Assembly: GCA_950097015.1 (NCBI GenBank)
Contig: CATNEN010000025.1
Span: 3,968,001 to 4,032,000, forward strand
Source: Macrostomum hystrix
Taxonomy: Eukaryota > Animalia > Platyhelminthes
Length of the DNA stretch: 64,000 bases
Direction: 5' to 3'
Part shown: positions 58,936 to 64,000 of the stretch, piece after piece
Position numbering within the stretch: position 1 is the stretch's first letter
Layout: every line of letters begins with the position of its first letter
The notes under the pieces: model-generated
Seen by the model: the letters and a program-made list of their open reading frames with translations, nothing else
What the model was told of the DNA's origin: nothing
Databases searched by the model: none
Program-made: the position numbers and the translations under genes

Positions 58936-59475
58936 AGTTAGGAATTAGGTTTGATCGTCGAACGCCCGGAAGGATTGGTCACGACCCTAAAAGTGTTTGT
59001 CACGGCCCAAATTTGTCTTTAGTCAGCTCGTTATAGCACCATTAAATAGGATTCCAAGCCGATTTACTGGGAGTCAATGAATCATCATAATTATTTTCCT
59101 CCCCTCGCCGAATTTATCCCCTAAAGTTGGCGTTTTCGGAAGTTCATTTCGATCGGTAACTTAGATAAAAGTTTGAAGGTTGCGAGTCGGCGTAAACAAA
59201 TGCCAGCCTTGCACCTGGTCCAGGTTTGTACTTCTGCTATTGTGGTCATAAAAGTGCTCCCCATTTGTTCTAGGATTCATTTCCCGGCCCCTCCTATCCG
59301 ACAGACAGGGGTAAGCTGACCTGGGGGACTTTTTCAATCTAGATTTGATTTATTGTCACTTAGTGATACGCCCAGATCGTCGATGTTGAGGGCAGTTCTG
59401 AGTGCCAGACTAGAGTCCTTGCAATTGCATTTGTACCGATTGATATATAACAATATATTGATTGACACTGTAAGC

Positions 59476-59700
59476 GGTTGTAGCCTTGTTCGATTCCCGA
59501 CTCCACTGGAACAATTTGTGCTTTAGTTCACCCAGCTGTTAAATGGGTACCAGCATCAGCTGGGGGTAATTGAAGGTCGGTGTGGCGTCCCCCCAGTCCA
59601 TGGACTGAACAGCTGTACGCAGCCTTCAGATGTGCTGCGCGTCAGCTGCGGCTGTGTTGTCGGCTGCACATCTGACCCGTTTGGGGCAGGTGTAATAAAA
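59476..59700 (+). mobile_element. SINE family A copy with deleted tRNA head
   Basis: ggttgtagccttg is fused to ttcgattcccgactcc; conserved body follows. Confidence 0.75.
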
Positions 59701-60684
59701 AATTATATAAAATGGTAGAAATAAAAAAGGAAATAAGTTTATTAGCGAGAGCTCACTCACCTGTTTAGATTCGGGTCGCAAACATTTGAACAGTTGATGA
59801 GAGTTTCCAAAAGAGCGCCAGAAATTTTAGTCCGCGTTGGACTAGGATTCGACTTTGTATGGAGAAATTATGCCGGCTAGGATGAGGGGAATATGAGGAA
59901 GCTGCCGAAGCTGCCGCGGAGTGGCTTGAATAGCGGAATGAGAATCGGATGGGAGAAGACGGCAGGAAAGGCGGAGCGTGAGGTCTTGCCAGGATTTGGG
60001 AGTTTTGTTCAGAACTCCACGCGTCTAATGAGCGGACAAAAGGCCGAAGCTGGCTTGTGTTGGGTGGAAATGGCCTATCAATCACCGTTGGCCGGCTGTG
60101 GGCTGCGCGCAAACCGCTCAAAATAAAATAAATCACTCACTACTCCTTCTCTATAGCCTGGATTGCGGTCCTGCGTCAACAATGTGCTCAGATGGGAGGG
60201 AGGGAATCTGTTTGAGTACCTGGAGGTCGGGGGTCGCTGCTACGATGACGTTTGAGCAGTCGGAGGCAGTACTGCTGGAAGTTGAAGCCCTGATTATTTT
60301 TTCTCAATGGGAAGTTAAACTCAAGAGAAGATGGGATCGGGGAAACAGGAATGAGAAATCTCGGGCTCTGGCGATGCCTGCTCACGACTTCGGGGAACGC
60401 TTATCGAAGCGACAACCTGGTGCCTGCGCGGGCTTCGCCGTCTGACAAGGCATTGGGCATTTGCGCCTATAGCCCTGACAGAAACTGCTGCAGCCGCTGT
60501 CAACCAATCAGAATTCGCAAGGCATTTATTGGCCGCTTGGGCCTCGGCTAGTGCTTCACATTGCTTTGGTCTTTAGATCATGTTTAGCTGACCAGGCTTG
60601 GCTGTTTTTATCATTGAGATTTGCGATATGAGGAGTCAGCTGGGGTGCTATGATGGATCTCCTTGACCGAGGAGAAGTGAAATA

Positions 60685-60925
60685 ATGAGTGCCAGAAGGA
60701 GTGTCAGAATGAGTGCCAGAAGGAGTCTCAGAATGAGTGCCAGAACGAGTGCCAGAATGAGTGCCAGAAGGAGTCTCAGAATGAGTGCCAGAATAAGTGC
60801 CAGAATGAGTGCCAGAACGAGTGCCAGATTGAGTGCCAGAACGAGTGCCAGAATGAGTGCCAGAAGGAGTCTCAGAATGAGTGTCAGAACGAGTGCCAGA
60901 GGGAGTGCCAGAATGAGTGCCAGAA
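60685..60925. repeat. 12-bp minisatellite (agaatgagtgcc)
   Basis: Direct. Confidence 0.9.
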
Positions 60926-61374
60926 AGAGTGAGAACGCCAACGAAACGAATTTGCCAGCCTGAACAGAATCCAAAGCTATCCCATTTTTGTACAGTATAT
61001 CAGGCCATTGTCTACAACCTTTAAGCTGGCTGTAACTATCTCTATACCATAAAGAAGTTTGGCTTGAGCATACTTACCAGCGTGTTGAAGGCCAAATATT
61101 TGACAAGAAAACCAGCGAAAGAAAATTGAACTTCATTATGAAAAATGCAGGGCGGCTGGCTGGAAAAATTAATCTGCTGAGAACGGTGTGAAAATCACTT
61201 TCGAAAAACTTAAAATTCGTTTTACTCCGCGTAAATTTCACCGAGAAGGCTGAAGTAAGGTATGAGATGCGGATTTGAAACATAGTTTTGACTGGCTCAC
61301 TGTCACGTTCTTCACATGTTTCGCCCGATAATATTAATTAAACTGAACCCTTAGATATTTCTAGATATTCAGGT

Positions 61375-61830
61375 ACACCAGAGTGATCTAACACCTTAAC
61401 CCAAGACAAACATACCAATATTACCGCAGACAAACCCACAAACATTACTCCAGAGCAGTCTAATAACATTACCCCAGAGAAATTTAATAATATTACCCCC
61501 CAGTAATCTACCACCATTACCCCCGAGTAATCTACCACCATAATCCCCGAGTAATCCACCACTATTACCCCCGAGTAATCTATGAGCACTACCCCCGAGT
61601 AATCTACCACCATTACCCACGAGTAACCTACGAGCACTACCCCCGAGTAATCTACCACCATTACCCACGAGTAACCTACGAGCACTACCCCCGAGTAATC
61701 TACCACCATTACCCCCGAGTAATCTACCACCATTGTCCCCTAGTAACCTACCACCATTATCCCAGAGAAATATAATAATATTACCCCAGAGAAGTTTAAT
61801 TACATTACCTCAGAGTAATCTACCTAATCA
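61375..61830. repeat. Degenerate 24-bp minisatellite (ttacccccgagtaatctaccacca)
   Basis: Direct. Confidence 0.85.
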
Positions 61831-64000
61831 TCGCCATAGGGTTTGACCTGCTACCACAAAGCCTCCGTGAAGTGATAACAATCTACCCAATTAGAGAACT
61901 TCAGCAGGCCACCTCTGCAATCGCAGAATCGCAGGATTTCGAGCTCTCTTAGATAATCTGCTCTCATTACCAGGCCTCTGAGCTGGTCAAAAAAGCGTTT
62001 CAAGTTCGACTCACTTGACAGATTGCATCTGGCCTTATCCCCTACCCGCTAATCCCTTCTGGCTGAAATCCCTTCAGCGATCATAAGCCTCAAAGCCGAT
62101 GATCGCATGTTACCCCTCTGCTCCGTAACCAAAATCCTTCGTTTATCTAAAGATATCTACACTGTGGGTTTAGTACAAAGAACATGAATGCGAACACTAA
62201 TATGCGGTATTATAACAGTGAGCAGTTTGATACTAACTCTAGCGTAGGTTAAGAGCCACATGCAGAGCAGATTTAGGAAAACCCACAAGAAAATAATGTT
62301 TGGAGGCCACAAATTTGGAACGTATTTGGGTAGAGTGAGAAGTGATGCAAAATTAATCTGGGAATTGGTTCGCTCTGTCGCCTACCCAACAGTGACGCCT
62401 ATTTCCTTTCACCGCGGTACGCGGGAACAGGCGTATCTTTGGTTGTTGCCGTTCAACACTAAAAGCTGCCCCCACCATTGCTCAAATTGATCAGGAATAT
62501 GTGCTCCTGAGAGAGACGGAAGTGCAGTCCAGCCCAGTCTGTATTTAAAGGCCAATAAAACGGTCATGAAAATGCACTCCGCCGCCGCCGCCGCCGCCGA
62601 CAAAGACGCCGTGACCTTCCAAACTCATCGTAAATCTTTTTAGCAGCTGATTTCGTAGACAAGCTAAATGGCATTCAGTTATAACGCACTATTTCTGCTG
62701 ACTCAGTCGCCTGGTAAACGATTGAATCGTTTTTCTCTGCCTCTTTGGCGATTGTTCGCTAAAGTTTGCGGCGCGTTCCCTCTGACAACACAGGCAGTAC
62801 TGACTGGGACTTAATTATGCTAATTAGTTCAACAAACCCGTCCAGTGCTCCCCCGCGACTGGTTCGGGAATTAGAGAACAGAAAATCACGTTAACCCACC
62901 CGGCTTGGGGATTTCTGTTTCCTACAGGGGAGTTTTTTTCAGCCCTCAGTCCAACGATAGCGATGATCTTTCTGGCCATGGCAGTGCTGCCGTGAGAGCG
63001 ACTTGGCGATTGTATTGCCTTGGATTCAACTTTTCCTTCAAGGCAGATTCAATTTCGAGAGTCAGTAATACGCTGGCTGGTAGAAAGCAGCAAATGTATT
63101 GAAAAATGCTACTAAATTTCTGCGCCACTGCTTGTTTTCATTTTGGTGTTCTGCCCTGTCTATGAAAAACTTAAATAGATATTTTCAATAGATATTTTTC
63201 GATCAGCCATAATAGAATTTGAAAGTTTTATACTTCAACTTCAATTCTGCGAATCAACGGCATTTGGACGAAAAATGTTTGCAATGATATATTTCTGCTA
63301 ATAAAATCCATCTAAAAACACTTCTAGGCTGCGTAAGTGCTCTTAAAATCATAGGCTCTCGTAAAAAATTAGACTGATTCTGGACACAACACACTTGGAC
63401 AACAATAATTGACTATGTTCACCTATACCTGAAAACGATTTGGCCATAGACAAGAAGTGTCACCAGAAGACATGGCTTCGTTCTTTAACAGTAGAAAGAC
63501 AAAAGGGGATTTCAAGCATCCACAGGTTTATTTTTTCCTGTATCTTCCAGATATTCAATCAATCGTTTTGAAAATCTAAAACACAGCGTAACATTTTCCT
63601 CTCGATGAAACAACTTCCTGAATCACAAAACATCGGCATCGTCGAGATATTCAACGGTTTTTGTCGGGGTGTCTGGTGGCAAAGACCACCAATATAGACA
63701 AAAACTTCCCGCTCACAAAATTTCATCATGTAACCATGTCGGCTGCTATTGTTGACTTTGTTGTATTGATTATATTGTTAATTATTGCATTGGTGCACCA
63801 ATATGGATTTGCCATAGAGGTACTAACATACAGAGCGATGTTAGTTGTCCTTGTCGTCATGGTCTTCGACAAGAATCGTTTGATATCTCAACAATGCTTT
63901 TCAATGCATCAAAACACGTAGCTGCCGTCGTCTCCGCCATGCGCAGCAAAGTCAGCCTGCCAGAATTTGATGGCGATACTGACTTCTTTTCCTAAATTCT

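Overview
Eukaryotic (invertebrate) genomic DNA with GT-AG introns and many minisatellite arrays. The style would fit a flatworm such as Macrostomum, but that is inference only. Two large minus-strand genes dominate: a THSD7A/B-like multi-TSP1 type-I membrane protein (~2.4-16.9 kb) and a divergent Shaw/Kv3-like K+ channel (~38.9-56.6 kb). Between them is a cluster of small orphan genes, including a secreted 10-Cys knottin-like peptide precursor and an 815-aa repeat protein with a C-terminal TM helix. Two retroelements each carry a self-cleaving ribozyme fold. An apparently intact RNase H-bearing LINE (39728-46054), inserted in a CT-rich minisatellite in a Kv intron, starts with a complete HDV-like fold containing a ~155-nt J1/2 insertion, followed by 96-bp monomers. 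A 5'-truncated Penelope-like element (4073-5182) has inverted terminal arms, each with a minimal hammerhead. Two tRNA-derived SINE families, a degenerate unclassified repeat family and about 20 tandem arrays fill much of the rest. Most long ORFs in the supplied track are tandem-repeat artefacts. All gene models and RNA folds were derived by eye.
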